A stretch of DNA of 64,000 nucleotides from Epiperipatus broadwayi (lineage: Eukaryota; Animalia; Onychophora). A program made the translations under genes and the position numbers. Location of the stretch: positions 10,230,001 through 10,294,000 of the forward strand of contig JAQFVV010000004.1 in NCBI GenBank assembly GCA_028023455.1, written 5' to 3'. Shown in pieces: positions 13,955 through 26,842 of the stretch; the stretch's first letter is position 1, and the number at the start of each line of letters is the position of its first letter. Below the pieces are notes generated by a model. The model had not been told where the DNA came from and did not search any database. It was given only the letters and a program-made list of their open reading frames with translations.

Positions 13955-14965
13955 TTTATGTGTAAAATCAAAGGAAAATGTCATTTAAGTAGCCGCAGAC
14001 ATGTAGTTACATCTAATACATCCCATATGTTGTATTACACATTGCAGGCCACCTTGTAGGTGTTGCTTTGTGCTTTGCAAATCACTTTATGCCAATTCTC
14101 ACACATAGCATTTTGCTGCCATCTTATGTGAGGGTGTATGTATTTGAAGTGTTTGAAAGTTTTTACTTTGAATTTTTTTTTTTTTTTTTTTGGAAAATGG
14201 AAATCACGCAATTTGACTAAGATGAAATTGTCCCAAAGTTAAGACCATCCTGGAGACAAATTTGAAGGTGACAAATGTAGTCCAAAGATAGGAAGGAACC
14301 TAATTGGGAGGAGGTCATGCATAAAGTAACATCTTCGTGATAATCTAATCAAGACCAAAATAATGGCACATTTTGGCAACCACATGGTGCACTTGAAAGA
14401 TTTGCCATCATTAGTGGAGCTGCAAAGTTAACAGTAGAAGGTGTCCACTTACAGCTGGACTTATGTGTAAAATCACATAAAAATTCCATTTAAGTCGCTG
14501 CACACATGCAATTATATTGAATACACCCTGTATGTTATATTAGAGATTGCAGGCCACTTTGTAGGCCTTGCTTTATATTTCACAAATCACTTTATGCCAA
14601 TTCTCACACATAACATTTTTCTGCCATCTTATGTGAGGGTGTGTGTATTTGAAGTGTTTGAAAGTTTTTACTTTGACTTTTTTTTTTTTTTTTTTTTGGA
14701 AAATGAAAATCATGCAATTTGACTAAGATGAACTTCTCCCAAAGTTAAGACCATCCTGAAAAGAAATTTGAAGGTGAAAAATGTAGTCCAAAGGTAGGGA
14801 GAAACCTAATTGGGAGGAGGTCACACGTAAAGTAACATCTTCACAATAACCTAGTCAAGATAAAAAAATGGCTTATTTTGGCAACTATGTCATCCGCTTG
14901 AAAGATTTGCCATCATTAGTGGATCCGCAAACAGTTGACAGTAGAAGGCATCCGCTCACAGCTGA
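13955..14965. repeat. Tandem duplication, two ~505-bp units
   Basis: Matching anchors ATCTTATGTGAGGG (14121/14626), long T runs (~14174/~14678) and AATTGGGAGGAGGTC (14302/14808). Units are roughly 80-85% identical by eye. Confidence 0.88.
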
Positions 14966-15119
14966 AATTATCAAAGAATGTTGTACTGTATTGGAACAAT
15001 GGGCTGCATGAGCTGTGCTATGACAACCTGGAAGCCAGACCTTGCCATCAAATGCAGCAGGCCCAGTTTGATTGTTGAAGTCACTTGAATTTATTTAGTG
15101 TTTTCATTAATAAAAAACC

Positions 15120-15370
15120 AAATGACTTTTCATTGCTGTTTTTGTGTGTTTATATGTGTGTATGTCTGAATTATATAAAAAAAATGTGTTTTATAAATGT
15201 CAAAAAAAGATAAAACAAAAACAATTTGTTTTGTGTTTTGGTTAATAAAAAAAAACACTTTTCATTGCTGTTTTTGTGGTTAGATGTGTGTGTGTGTCTG
15301 GATTATAAAAAAATACTGTTTTAAAAAGGTCAAATAACATTAAGACAAAAACAATTCTCAAAAAATAATA
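15120..15370. repeat. Two ~130-bp tandem units
   Basis: TTTTCATTGCTGTTTTTGTG...TGTGTG..TCTG.ATTAT..AAAAAA occurs at ~15129 and ~15259. Confidence 0.6.
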
Positions 15371-18300
15371 AAAATAAGAAATTTTTAAAAAAATGCCTCA
15401 TTAAAAAAAAAAACAAATGAAAAAACATAATAAAATTAAGAAATCCAAAAAAAGATGGCCCAGTAACGTTACATTTTATGTCATTTTGCAAAAAAAAAAA
15501 AAAAACACCATCAAGCACCATGCATGTCTAAAGGATTACTATTATATTGCAATGCACTTAAATTATTTTGTTTTTAATGTTTTATAAATTTTTTATACAA
15601 ATTTACTTTTACATCATTTAAACTCACATATAATTCCAATTCTAGAGGTGACAAGATTACATATATAACAATGTTTACAGAACTTAAATCTGTTTTAAAA
15701 GATCACCTGTTTATTGGAAATTATCTCACCACACACACCTGGTTTTACTTTTTGTGAGAACCAAGAAAAAATTTTAAAAATGAGTTTAAAATAATTTTTA
15801 AGACTGCACTATTTTATGAATCACTTACATTTTACTTTTGTCTTTTGTAAAGTTAATAAAACTATGTTAAAACTTAAGATTAAAAATTTATAAACAGTAA
15901 ACAAGTCATGGCTTTTGCAGGGGGAGTCAAAGAGCTAGTATAAAAAACCCCAAAAATTTAGGACTAGAAGTTCACTCTCTTAAATATTGAAATATATTGC
16001 TGCCAGGGCTATGCCCATTTAAACAATGGGAATAAGTGACTTGAAGGTTTTATATTTCCAGCTTTCTTTGGAAGACCAATCCAGGATAATGGAGAAGTTC
16101 AAGATCAACAGCATGCCAAGACAACATCGGAGACAAGCTAGTAGAGAATGTCAATGCCAAATGTCATGAAGATGCCTCAGCTAGAAGATCAGCAACATTT
16201 CTTCTCACAGAGCTCTCTAAAATAAACCTCAAATGAAACCAATTTCATAATTCTCTTAAGTTAGCTATCATTCATAAATAATGTTTATAACTTTTTAATA
16301 AATAAACTCTGCAATAAGTTTAATGTAACTGTAATAAATTTTGTAATGGAACTTTCAATTTAATAATAATAATATTTGTAAGAATCTTGCCTCTATATTA
16401 AATGTGTAAATATAGATTAATAATTCTTCTAAACATAATAACTGTACCAAATTTGCAGTTATGCCTATTTTATTTTATTTTATATTGTTTATTTCACTGA
16501 TTTATGATATGCCATGCTTCAAAGTAGAAATTAGTAATATTAACCATTTAGAGAAATGATTACAAGCTCTCATATAATTGATTTAGGTTGCTCTTTAGCA
16601 CACATCTAAATCTCCATTCTGAAACCTGCCTTTGTATATGTTAGTCTACCATGTTTTAGCTTATCATAATTAAGGTTTTCATGATAATAAATTGTCTAGT
16701 TAAATAATCACAAGAATGATATTATAAAGCATATTATAAATAATTAGTTAAGTCCCATATATGCTTTTTCCTCCTTAGTTTATAATATGAACTATTTGAA
16801 TTTAATCTGAAAACTAGATCACTTTAATTAACCCCTTTTTAGCATGTTTTACATATGCTATTGCATGAACTGGCATCTAGTAGTTTTTCAGATTGAAATT
16901 ATAAATTTAGCACTCTATTAATACTAATTCAGTAAGCATTATGAATATGTCCTTATAAAGCATACACATATGATACACTTTGCTATGTATTTCTTTATTA
17001 AAATGGGCTTCTGGTTTAAGGCTATATTCAGACAGATCTTTTTAAAACTGGAACACGAGGGTCCAGAACCCTATTTTAAGCTACTCTGATCTCCCAAACT
17101 ATATGTTCATTGTATTTTATGATAGCAAGTCATAGGGTCCACAGGAACCAAGTACTTTATACTAAATCCCATGAGTAATTACACATTTGGACTGCAACCA
17201 TTATTTAGTTTAAATAGCACTGTTGTCTCTGAAGCTATGCAGCAAATTACCAGTTTTCCCTTCATATTATTATTCAGTTCAGCATTAATCTGAACTCCTG
17301 ATCTAGTTTATACATAAACAATCTGCATAGGGAGCACATTATTACTCAGTATGTAATTTTAATAAATAAGTATATTTTGTCAGTTGTCATTCTTGTAAAC
17401 GTAAGTCTTAGCAAACCTCATAGAAATGGGATAGCATAATTCAAGCATAAATATAAACCATAGATAATAATAGTAACTGTAATAAACTTAAAATTAAATG
17501 ATTTAAAGTGCATTTTAAAGATGAGACCTTGTATCTAACTCACTCATCATTGTAAGACACCTACGAATGTAAAACCCAATGCACTTCCATTGTATTAATT
17601 AACTTATAATTTATAATAATGTTTAGTGTGTCATTCAGAATCTATCCCAATTTTTATCAAAATCTATTTCAATTTCATTAGTTATTAATACATGCATTAT
17701 CTAGTCAGCCATATGTGTGTGTGTTTAGCTAATTTATTATTGATTTAGTCATTATTCCCTGAGTGTTATACTCCACCCTTTGCTACTGCCAGCATATGAA
17801 CTAAAAGAGACTGAATGTAACCTCATATCTTTCATCCATTGGGTAGTAAATCATGAAGCATTGGTGAAGGAACTGAAGTGCAATCTGATTCAAGGTCTTA
17901 ACCCCTCATCTAGATTAGCTTTGGGATAATTTTCCAAAAATTCTGGATTTTTTTTGTGTGAATGTACAAATATGACTGTTACAATATATGTATATATATA
18001 TACAAAATATACCCATGCCTCTACATTAGAATAATTTCACTACCATAAATATTTCAAAATGTTTTAAAAGATTTATATTCTAAACAAAATGTGATCTCTG
18101 TTCAATGAACCTAAAGCAAATGGACATGCATATACATACATATATAATTAGATTGTCTTTACAATAAAGAGACAAGTAGAATGCATTCTTATTTGCTTAA
18201 AAGTAAAAACAGAACAATAGTTTAATTAGTTAATACCATAAAAAATACATTAATGATATGCAGCTAAATATAAAAATAATTGTTGTATATATGATTTGTG

Positions 18301-19504
18301 CGTGTTTGTATAAATAATTACACTCAACGACATTTTATTATAATTTTAAACAAATTTCAGACCAATAATATTTTAATAAAAACAAATTTATTTTTGTATG
18401 TATGTAATGACATATTTATATAGAATAGTCTCATTATATAAATATATATCAAATAAATATTACAAAAAAAAAAAAAATGAAATTCACTTTATTTCAAAAT
18501 GTTCATCATAAAAAGTTTGAAAACACAAAGTAATTATAAATAATAGAGAAAAAACACTTGACTCAAATTATGAATTAAAAAATTCTTTTTCCTTTTTTTA
18601 GATATATTTTAAATTTTGATCAGCATCAAACTATAAGATTCAGAATGTATAAAAAAAATCATATTCTAAAGGAGTTAATTGAGTTATTTTGTATGACTTT
18701 TTTGAGTATTAGTTTACATGGAAAAATATTTAAAATATTTTATATTGTTGAATATTACAAATAAGAGTAATTGAATTTGTGTTATCAAATATAAAAATAT
18801 ATAAAAAAATGTAAGGATAATTTACAGCTTTCTATCTGAATGTAATATGATTTTTTTTATACTTTAATTTTATTTTTTTTGTCATTTTTATAATTTATTT
18901 ATTAAAATGTTATTTTAAAATTTAACCCTAGTAGTTATGTTTATATTATTGCATCGTATATTTTTTATTTATATATGTTAATGCTTTTCTCATATTTATG
19001 GTTCATACATTAATTTGTGTACTCATTAGAAAATTCACTTCTAAAAGAATTTTTATTTTATTTTTTAGAACTGTGATAGATATATGCATGTATGTCCTAG
19101 TTATCTGTTGTACAAACAAAAATTACCAAGTGCTAGAGATTGTTGTAGATTGTGGATAACTTAGTATGTCACTTACCTAAAATATTAGTGTCCTATATTG
19201 CTTTTCCTGGTATATCTTATATATGCACCAAGTTTGAAACAATTCTATTGAAGTTAAATCTATTAAATCTGCATTTTAAAATTTTATTCTAACTTAAATA
19301 ATAAAAGTGATTACAAATGTTTACAAACAAACCAAACAAATATTCTAACTTAAATAAAAGCATTTAATAATAATAAATAAATTGCAGAAGACATATATGA
19401 CAGCAGTTGATAATAATTATGTGGTAGTAATTAAAAATGTTTCTGCATTTTATTTATTATTTAATATTTTTAAAACTTACTGTGATTTATTTATTTATTA
19501 AAGA

Positions 19505-19607
19505 TTTTTTTTTTCATGTCTCAAAGCATTAGGCAGGAAGCGAACTCACAAATCTGGGACAACTGCTTGTAAGGCAGCTGTGCTGATCACTAGGCCACCA
19601 ATGCTTT
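19505..19607 (-). mobile_element. tRNA-derived SINE (same family, second subtype)
   Basis: Reverse complement GCATTGGTGGCCTAGTGATC...GCAGTTGTCCCAGATTTGTGAGTTCGCTTCCTGCCTAATGCTTTGAGACATG-A10. Confidence 0.78.
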
Positions 19608-21316
19608 AAGTTTATATTGTATTTATAAATTTTAATATATATATATATATTACAAAGAAATCAAGTCATATGCCACATGACCTAATTTAACAAGCTTGGG
19701 ATATTCTGAAAAGCTTAATACATGTAGTTTAACATCATTTTGATTTCATCTTAGCACTGTCAGTTTATTCTCTCTCTCTTAGCCTTGGGCAGTTAATTTT
19801 GTTTGGCTACTGTCTTAATAAAAGGTGGTTGTAACTTTTTAATTAAAACAAATTAACAACTGAAAGGTCCACATATTAGATATTTTCATTTGTACATCAT
19901 GTCCAGATGTGCAGATTTTTTGGGCACAAAGATGTTTCACTACTGGAGCAAAATACCAAGATAATTAATTAAATTTATATGTAAATAAAATTGTTTACTT
20001 TTTCAAATCATTTTATCATTAGAAATACATTCTGGGTGTAAAATTTTTTATTTAGATATAAGAGAAATAATTCTTTACTTAAACTTATTTCTGGCAATTA
20101 CTCAGGCTCCATATATATATATACTCTTATCATTACATTAAACACCATTTTTTTGTGATAGTTAATAAAACTTATACGCAAATGTTTAGATATCCAAATC
20201 ACTTTATTCTTAGAAGCACATTCTGACTATAACTTATTGTGGCAGTTGCTTTAGTCTTGAAATATATTTTGTATATACGCTACCATTGCACAAAATCGAA
20301 TGGGCTGATGCACTTTCATCACTATAATTAATAAAATTTATATGTAAATAAAAATGCTTAGATTACCCAATCATTTTTATTTAAATATCATAATTTATAT
20401 AAAAAGTAACATATTATTATTAATAATTTATTTAAAAATACAACTTATTTAAAAATATTGCTTCATAATTACAGTAATTCTGTATATGATGAAATTATCT
20501 TTATCAATAATATTTTACAAACTTTAAATGTATTGTTTACTTGGTAGTACTGATAGAGTATCCATCTCTGAAATATTAGGTCTGGTACAATACTGTGTTG
20601 TGTTAAAAAAAAAATTATGGTATTATCTTTCTGATTTTGTTATTATCTGTATTATTTTTTCATAGATTTTACTAAATAGCTTTTTCTATTTTTAATTATG
20701 ATATTATCTTTTTTTAAATACAGTATTATCTTTTTACTTGTTCTCTAGCTAAAAACTTATGATTCATAATCCACACTAAGATGCAAATCTAGGCAAAACA
20801 GAATGACTAAAAAAACATAATTTTTAAAGATATTATTGCACACAAAAACTATGACTAAACAAAATAAAATACAAGGGGTTTTACTGGCTTCTACAAATTT
20901 ATTGAATAAACAATTTAGGTATGAAAATTTAAAATTCTTCCCTTAAATAAATCCCTAATTGTCAAACTGTATAATGAAATATAGTATATATAATATGACT
21001 TAGTTGTTAATAGGCATTAAATACCAAATAGTGCATTTTATTATTGAATGGAAAAAAGAGAGGCTATTTTTATCAATAGAAAATATAAACAAGTTATTTG
21101 TGAGAGGCAGGATTTTTAAAATGTATTTTTGTCATGTTGTTGCTAATGGAATTACTTACAACCAATTTTTTAAAAGGATATTTCATACATTATTATAACA
21201 TCTATACAACTTAACTTGTGACAACTCATTTGGAAAAAATATTTACAAAATTATTTATCTACACTAGTGGAGAATCCAATTGTTTGATTTTTTCCTTATT
21301 ATAATTTATCAATAAA

Positions 21317-21965
21317 TGCTATGTGTGTGTGTATTCACATATACATGCAATAATAATGTAACTATTATAAATGAATACAAGTATGTGTGTGTATGCTTAT
21401 TAACAGATACACGCAATAATAATGTAACTATGACAAATATTCAAGTATGTGCGTGTATGCTAAAAGCATCACTGAAACGATTAAGGTTGGTCAGAGATAA
21501 CCAGACTGACCACTTTGTACCTCGTGTCATGGGATGACCAATGGAAATAGAGAGTGTTACATCCGGTATGGTGGGAACAAACAAGGTCAGACTTGCTAGG
21601 TGAAGTTGAGGGATGGATGCGTTTTCCTGAGTGCACAGACACTATTTCACTTTCAGCTCGTCTCGTGGAGAGGTCTACCTCTGAACATACTAAGGTAGAC
21701 CTAGGGACCATTACAGGTCATATAGACTTTAATATTGTTTATTGTAAGCCTGCGGGCCTTTAAGACAAGAGTTGTATAATAATGTGTTAGTCAGTTTACC
21801 TTTGTAATAATTGTATTATATATTAATCCTTGTATATGTATTTAAACCTATTAACTCCACTACCGTGTTCGTCTGTTTAATTATATAATTACTTGTCGCT
21901 GTTGGTGCGATAAATCTCACTCGAACCTCGACCATATACATATCCGACTAGTACTGGATATTGCA
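21317..21965 (+). repeat. 5' LTR (649 bp)
   Basis: TGCTAT...ATTGCA. 24 substitutions and 2 indels versus the 3' LTR by manual alignment. About 2.3 internal ~64-bp repeats at its 5' end. Confidence 0.95.
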
Positions 21966-21966
21966 C

Positions 21967-21976
21967 TGGCGCAGTC
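21967..21976 (+). promoter_or_regulatory. Primer-binding site, probably tRNA-Ser
   Basis: TGGCGCAGTC one base after the 5' LTR, complementary to the GACUGCGCCA 3' end of insect-type tRNA-Ser(AGA/CGA) as I recall it. Confidence 0.7.
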
Positions 21977-22093
21977 ATAACAGTTCAATTTGAACCCTAG
22001 CAGTCTGCTGACAACCAAATAAGTCAGGCAGAATTATTGAAGTAGCGAATGAACCTACGGTATTAAACGAGTTAGTTACATAAATTGCTTAAA

Positions 22094-22915
22094 ATGCAAT
22101 TGACAATATCCGAGTTTGACATCAGAGAGGCAAATGAGTGGCCCCTGTACGTTCAACAGATTGAAAATTACTGTTTTATTAACAGAGTAGAGGAAGATGC
22201 GTATAAAACAGCGACATTATTACGTTTTTCAGGAAAAGGGGTCATACAAATAGCTAACAGATTAGCAGAACCCAACACTCCTGAAAAATTAACCTACGAT
22301 GAGTTAAAACATCATTTGTCAAATTATTTTAATCCTTGCCCATCTAGGCACATCGCCAGACTTCATTTTCGAAATCGCCATCCAGGCAGAAACGAAAATA
22401 CACAGGATTATGACTCAGCCCTACGCGAACTCACAAAAAACTGCTGTTATGATTCATATTTAGAAAAAGCGCTACTGGAACAATTCCTATGTGGAATGAA
22501 TAGCGACAGTTTGAGGCAGCAGTTACTGGCTGATGAAGACATAAATTATCGTGAAGCTATCAAACGCAGTATCGCTCACAAAATAGTAGTAGAGCAAGCA
22601 AAAGAATTTGCTCTGAAAAAAGGCGTTGAAAGCGATCAAACAGGAATATTTGGTGTTGAAAAACTCAACAAAGGGTCTTCCGATAACAAAATTATTAAAC
22701 CGACAAATAAAAGTCGAACAAAGTGCTATTGTTGTGGAAAACTAGGTCATATATCTAAAGATTGCTATTTCAAACACGATCGATGTAGACTGTGTAAAAA
22801 AATAGGTCACATGGCAAGAATGTGTGAAAATAGAACAGTTGACCAAGTTAACGGAAATAAAATACAAAGTATTAACCCTTTGAACGATGATTATATAATT
22901 GGCCGAATGAGTTAA
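22094..22915 (+). CDS. gag: Gag with two CCHC zinc knuckles
   Basis: Open 273-aa frame from ATG 22094, with CYCCGKLGHISKDC and CRLCKKIGHMARMC. Confidence 0.9.
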   Translation: MQLTISEFDIREANEWPLYVQQIENYCFINRVEEDAYKTATLLRFSGKGVIQIANRLAEPNTPEKLTYDELKHHLSNYFNPCPSRHIARLHFRNRHPGRNENTQDYDSALRELTKNCCYDSYLEKALLEQFLCGMNSDSLRQQLLADEDINYREAIKRSIAHKIVVEQAKEFALKKGVESDQTGIFGVEKLNKGSSDNKIIKPTNKSRTKCYCCGKLGHISKDCYFKHDRCRLCKKIGHMARMCENRTVDQVNGNKIQSINPLNDDYIIGRMS

Positions 22916-23671
22916 AAATCAAAACTTGTAATTGGCCAACTCACAACTTTAACAAAATCTATTGTTAAAATAGATCACTTTTAATAATATAAATACGTTA
23001 GTTTCATTTGTAAAAAGTATATTACTGAATTGGCAGATTACGAAAGCAAACGAAAATCTTTTCAAAAATAAAATTTGATTTATAATTTAAAAAAATATTC
23101 AATTGCGGTGAAATAAAAGTAACCGCTATTCAACCAACCAAAAAAGATTGCGTTAGCAATCTTTTTTTTTTTTACTTTAACGTTACGATCAATATGTAGC
23201 AATAAATAAATAATTCTTGGTAATATCTTAACTATTTTTCTAAAATAATTTGATTTTTAGTATTATTTTATCAATAATAATTTGTAATTCAATTCAAATA
23301 TTGTTTAAAATGTTGTAAACATTCGTTTATCATTTTCGTAATAAAAATCAAAACGAACGTAACTTTTTACTTTTTGGCAGCCATTTCCCTTTCTGACAGA
23401 AGTGGGACAGCCAATAAGATTCAAGAAAAGTTGGTGAGGAGGTGGTGCTTTGGTTTTGTTTGACATATATGGTCATTTTTATTGATTTTTTACTTGTAAA
23501 TTTATTCTGAAGAGGGCACCATCTTACAGAACTTTTGATTTTCTTTCTAATGACGTATCATATGTATACGTGGGATAAAAAGTAGCTGATTTAGAGTGAT
23601 GTCAAATCTTCTCATTTTTAGACGAGTCATGCATTATAAGAGTTAATAAAACTAAATGTAATATTGTTATA
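22898..23671. other. 774-bp non-coding insert between gag and protease
   Basis: No ORF. TATA occurs at both junctions (22894-22897 and 23668-23671). Removing it fuses gag in frame to pol (NDDYI|NNVINQAQKFMTTVKVYGKPL). Confidence 0.6.
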
Positions 23672-26350
23672 AATAATGTTATAAATCAAGCACAGAAATT
23701 TATGACTACTGTGAAAGTTTATGGAAAACCCCTGTCAATGGAAATAGACAGTGGTAGCGGCATTTCTTTAATATCTGTAGCCGACTGGAATTCGATCAGG
23801 GCGGAAATAAGAGAGCCCCCTAGGCTTAGCAATACTAAGCTTAGAGCATTGGACGTAAATGGTAAAGAAATAAAAATTAAGGGTGTAGTCCAAGCTCATA
23901 TTACTAGTAATAAAGGCAACATTTCAATCTTGCCACTATATATTGTACACGCCCCCATAAACCCTCTCATTGGTCATGACTGGTTTACAGAACTCGGAAT
24001 TGAAATCTCATTGGTCAAAAAAATTGACAGTGAAAAAGACATAAAAGATCGTTTCCCTAAACTTTTTAATGGCAAACCAGGAATGATTAAAACTAAACCT
24101 GTCACTGGAAATGTCACCAGAGGCCATGCCAATAATTTGCAGACCTCGAAAGGTCCTGTTCGCCCAAAAAGAAAAAGTAGTGAAAGAAATAAATGAGCTA
24201 GTGAAGAACAGAATTCTAGAACCAACAGAGGAGACAGAGTGGGTGACTCCTCTGGTCATGATCACCAAACCTAATGGACAGATCGCTTGTGCGGTGATTA
24301 TCGCATAACTGTCAACAAATCTCTAAATAAACATGCCTACCCCATCCCAAACTCCAGAGAAATACTAGCATCACTGCAAAAATCCAAATATTTTGCTAAA
24401 TTAGATTTAGATGTGGCCTTCCATCAAATTCCAGTAACAAATAAGGCTTCCGAAATTCTAACACTGACTACTCATGTGGGTCTATTTAAATGCAAATGCC
24501 TCCCATTTGGCATAGCATCCGCTCCCAGTATATTCCAAGCAAAAATTGAAACTCTGCTTTCTGGATGCCAGGGCGTTATCCCTTATTTTGATGACATATT
24601 AATTACTGCAAGATCAGAAAATGAATTGCATAGTCGTCTAACTACTGTCTGTCAAAGGCTAGAAGAGTTTGGAGCAAAATTAAATATGCAAAAATGCATA
24701 TGGAAGGCCACTGAATTAAAGTTTTTAGGGCACATAGTCTCTAGCTCTGGGACAAGGCCATCTCCCGAAAAGGTCAAAGCAGTGTCAGAAGCTAGAAGGC
24801 CTAGTAACGTAAAACAATTGCAGGCTTTTTTGGGTTTGGTAAACTATTTTGAGAACTTCCTAGAGGGCAAAGCTCACATAGCCAAACCATTATACGAGCT
24901 ACTGAAAAAGAATCAGAAATGGAAGTGGGATTTGAGAACTTCCTAGAGGGCAAAGCTCACATAGCCAAACCATTATACGAGCTACTGAAAAAGAATCAGA
25001 AATGGAAGTGGGAAGCAACACAAGAAAGGGCTTTTCAAAATACTAAAGCTTTACTTGTATCAAACAAATTACTGGTACACTATAATAGCAATTTTGAGAT
25101 AACACTAACGACTGATGCATCAGAATATGGAGTGGAGGCAGTAATATGTCACCCAGCTCAATCTGGGGAACGTCCTATAGCATACGCATCATGCACTTTG
25201 TCCAAAGCTGAAAAAAATTATAGTCAGCTGGACAAAGAAGCGCTAGCCATAGTATTTGGAATTCGTAAATTCCACCAGTATATTTATACGGTCGTTATTT
25301 CAAAATCATGACAGACCACAAACCACATCTGGGAATTTTAGGCATCAAACAAATTCCGGAACACCTCAGCCCATGCATGTTGAGATGGATTAACATACTC
25401 TCTGGGTATGATTACAGTCTGGAATATAAAAAGGGAAAGACTATTGGTCACCCGACGCGTTATCCCGAATGCCTGACAACTCAGAGAACACTACAAGCGA
25501 AATAGAAATCAATTACATTGACACGCTTCAAAGCCAGACTCTTAATAGCCAAAAAGTAGCAGCATGGACCAATGAAGACGCTGGCTACAAATGGCTGATG
25601 GCAAAAATTAGAAGAGGCTGTCCAGCACAACGTCCTCCATTTTTGCACATAGAGTTATGGAAAGCTATCAACATGTAAAGGTTGCATTCTTAAAGGCGAT
25701 CAGGTCCTAATACCAAAAATAGGCAGATTGCACATGCTAAATTTATTACATAAAGGTCATCCAGGCATTGTCAGGGCAAAAGTGTTAGCCCGTAGTTATG
25801 TATGGTGGCCGAGAATCAGCACTGATATAGAAACATTCATAAAAAAATGTTCTAGCTAACCCCAGCAAAATATGAAGCATGGAAAGAAGCAGAGAAACCT
25901 TGGCAGAGAATTCACATTGACCACTGCAGTCCAATCCACGGACAATTATTTCTGGTAGTGGTCGATGCCTACTCAGGATGGTCAGAATATAAAACAGTGA
26001 AAAACACAAGTTCGGATGAGACACTGAACAAGCTCATGGAAATTTTTTCATATCACGGGCTACTGGAAACCCTCGTATCCGATAATGGAACCGGTTTTAC
26101 ATCTGAAAAATTTGCCGAATTTATGCAGGAATGGGGGATTAAACACATCCTTACCCCCCACCCCCCCAATCAAATGGACTGGCCGAGAAAGCGGTACAAA
26201 GCTTAAAGTCATCCATGAATAAATTGGGAAAAGGAAGACTCCAAGAGGCAATTTTCATGGCGTTGCTATATCAGCATTCCACACCCACAGCTAAAACGGG
26301 CAGATCACCTGCATAAAAATATTTAGGCCGGAAGTTACGCACAAAACTCT
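23672..26350 (+). pseudogene. pol: pol: aspartic protease, RT, RNase H, integrase (frameshifted)
   Basis: MEIDSGSG (PR); CGDYRITVN, LPFGIASAP, YFDD (RT); TDASEYG, NYSQLDKEAL, TDHKP (RH); HKGHPG...C zinc finger, VDAYSGW, VSDNGTGF (IN). Split over at least six ORFs. Confidence 0.93.
24848..25013 (+). repeat. Perfect 83-bp tandem duplication inside RT
   Basis: 24848-24930 is identical to 24931-25013. 83 is not a multiple of 3 and explains the frameshift between ORFs 24287 and 24919. Confidence 0.95.
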
Positions 26351-26832
26351 CAGCAATAATGCCATCAAAAGAGCATCAAATGCCGATTACAGTAAACAAC
26401 AAATTTTCACCTGATGAACGAGTCTGGGTGAAAAATAATTTAAATAAATCGTGGACTCAAGCATATGTTGTATGCCATTTAAGTAAACAAGTGGTTGCTG
26501 TCCATATGGCAGACGGCAAAATATTACATAAGCACATTAACCAATTGTGCAAGAGTGCAATAACAGAATGCACTCCGCAATTGTTTAAAAGTAATTATGA
26601 CAAAGAAAATGATACTCACTATGAAACTAAAAGTGAAACAGAAATCATTACTGCTGACGAAGAAAATCAAAATAGTGAAGAAAATGAAATAGACACAGAT
26701 GGTGAAACTAAATCACCCCCACGTGCAAAGAGGAGAACAAAAATTCCCCTCCGCCTGCACGATTATGTGTTAAGTTCAGAGAAGAAGAAATGAAAAAAAT
26801 ATATTTTTTTAGAAAAGTATGTCGCTGAACTT

Positions 26833-26842
26833 GGGGGAGGCG
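26833..26842 (+). promoter_or_regulatory. Polypurine tract
   Basis: GGGGGAGGCG directly before the 3' LTR. Confidence 0.85.

Noticed and set aside
14990-15030. Minus-strand AAHC motif as the catalytic His exon
   Set aside because: It lies downstream of the 35512 exon, so the order is wrong. Context is STAHAAHC rather than W.LTAAHC, it sits at the end of a repeat, and there are no splice sites.
16000-17900. Additional decayed LINE
   Set aside because: Only scattered half-motifs in inconsistent order; not supportable as a feature.
19177-19268. Minus-strand exon with strong gtaagt donor
   Set aside because: Stops in all three frames and no protease motif. At most non-coding.
21316-21763. Short ORFs in the LTRs (also 26763-27289)
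   Set aside because: They are by-products of LTR sequence, duplicated in both LTRs, with no known motif.
22869-23697. GT-AG intron explaining the gag-pol spacer
   Set aside because: The candidate acceptor lacks a pyrimidine tract and the donor is weak. The junction repeat explains the spacer more simply.
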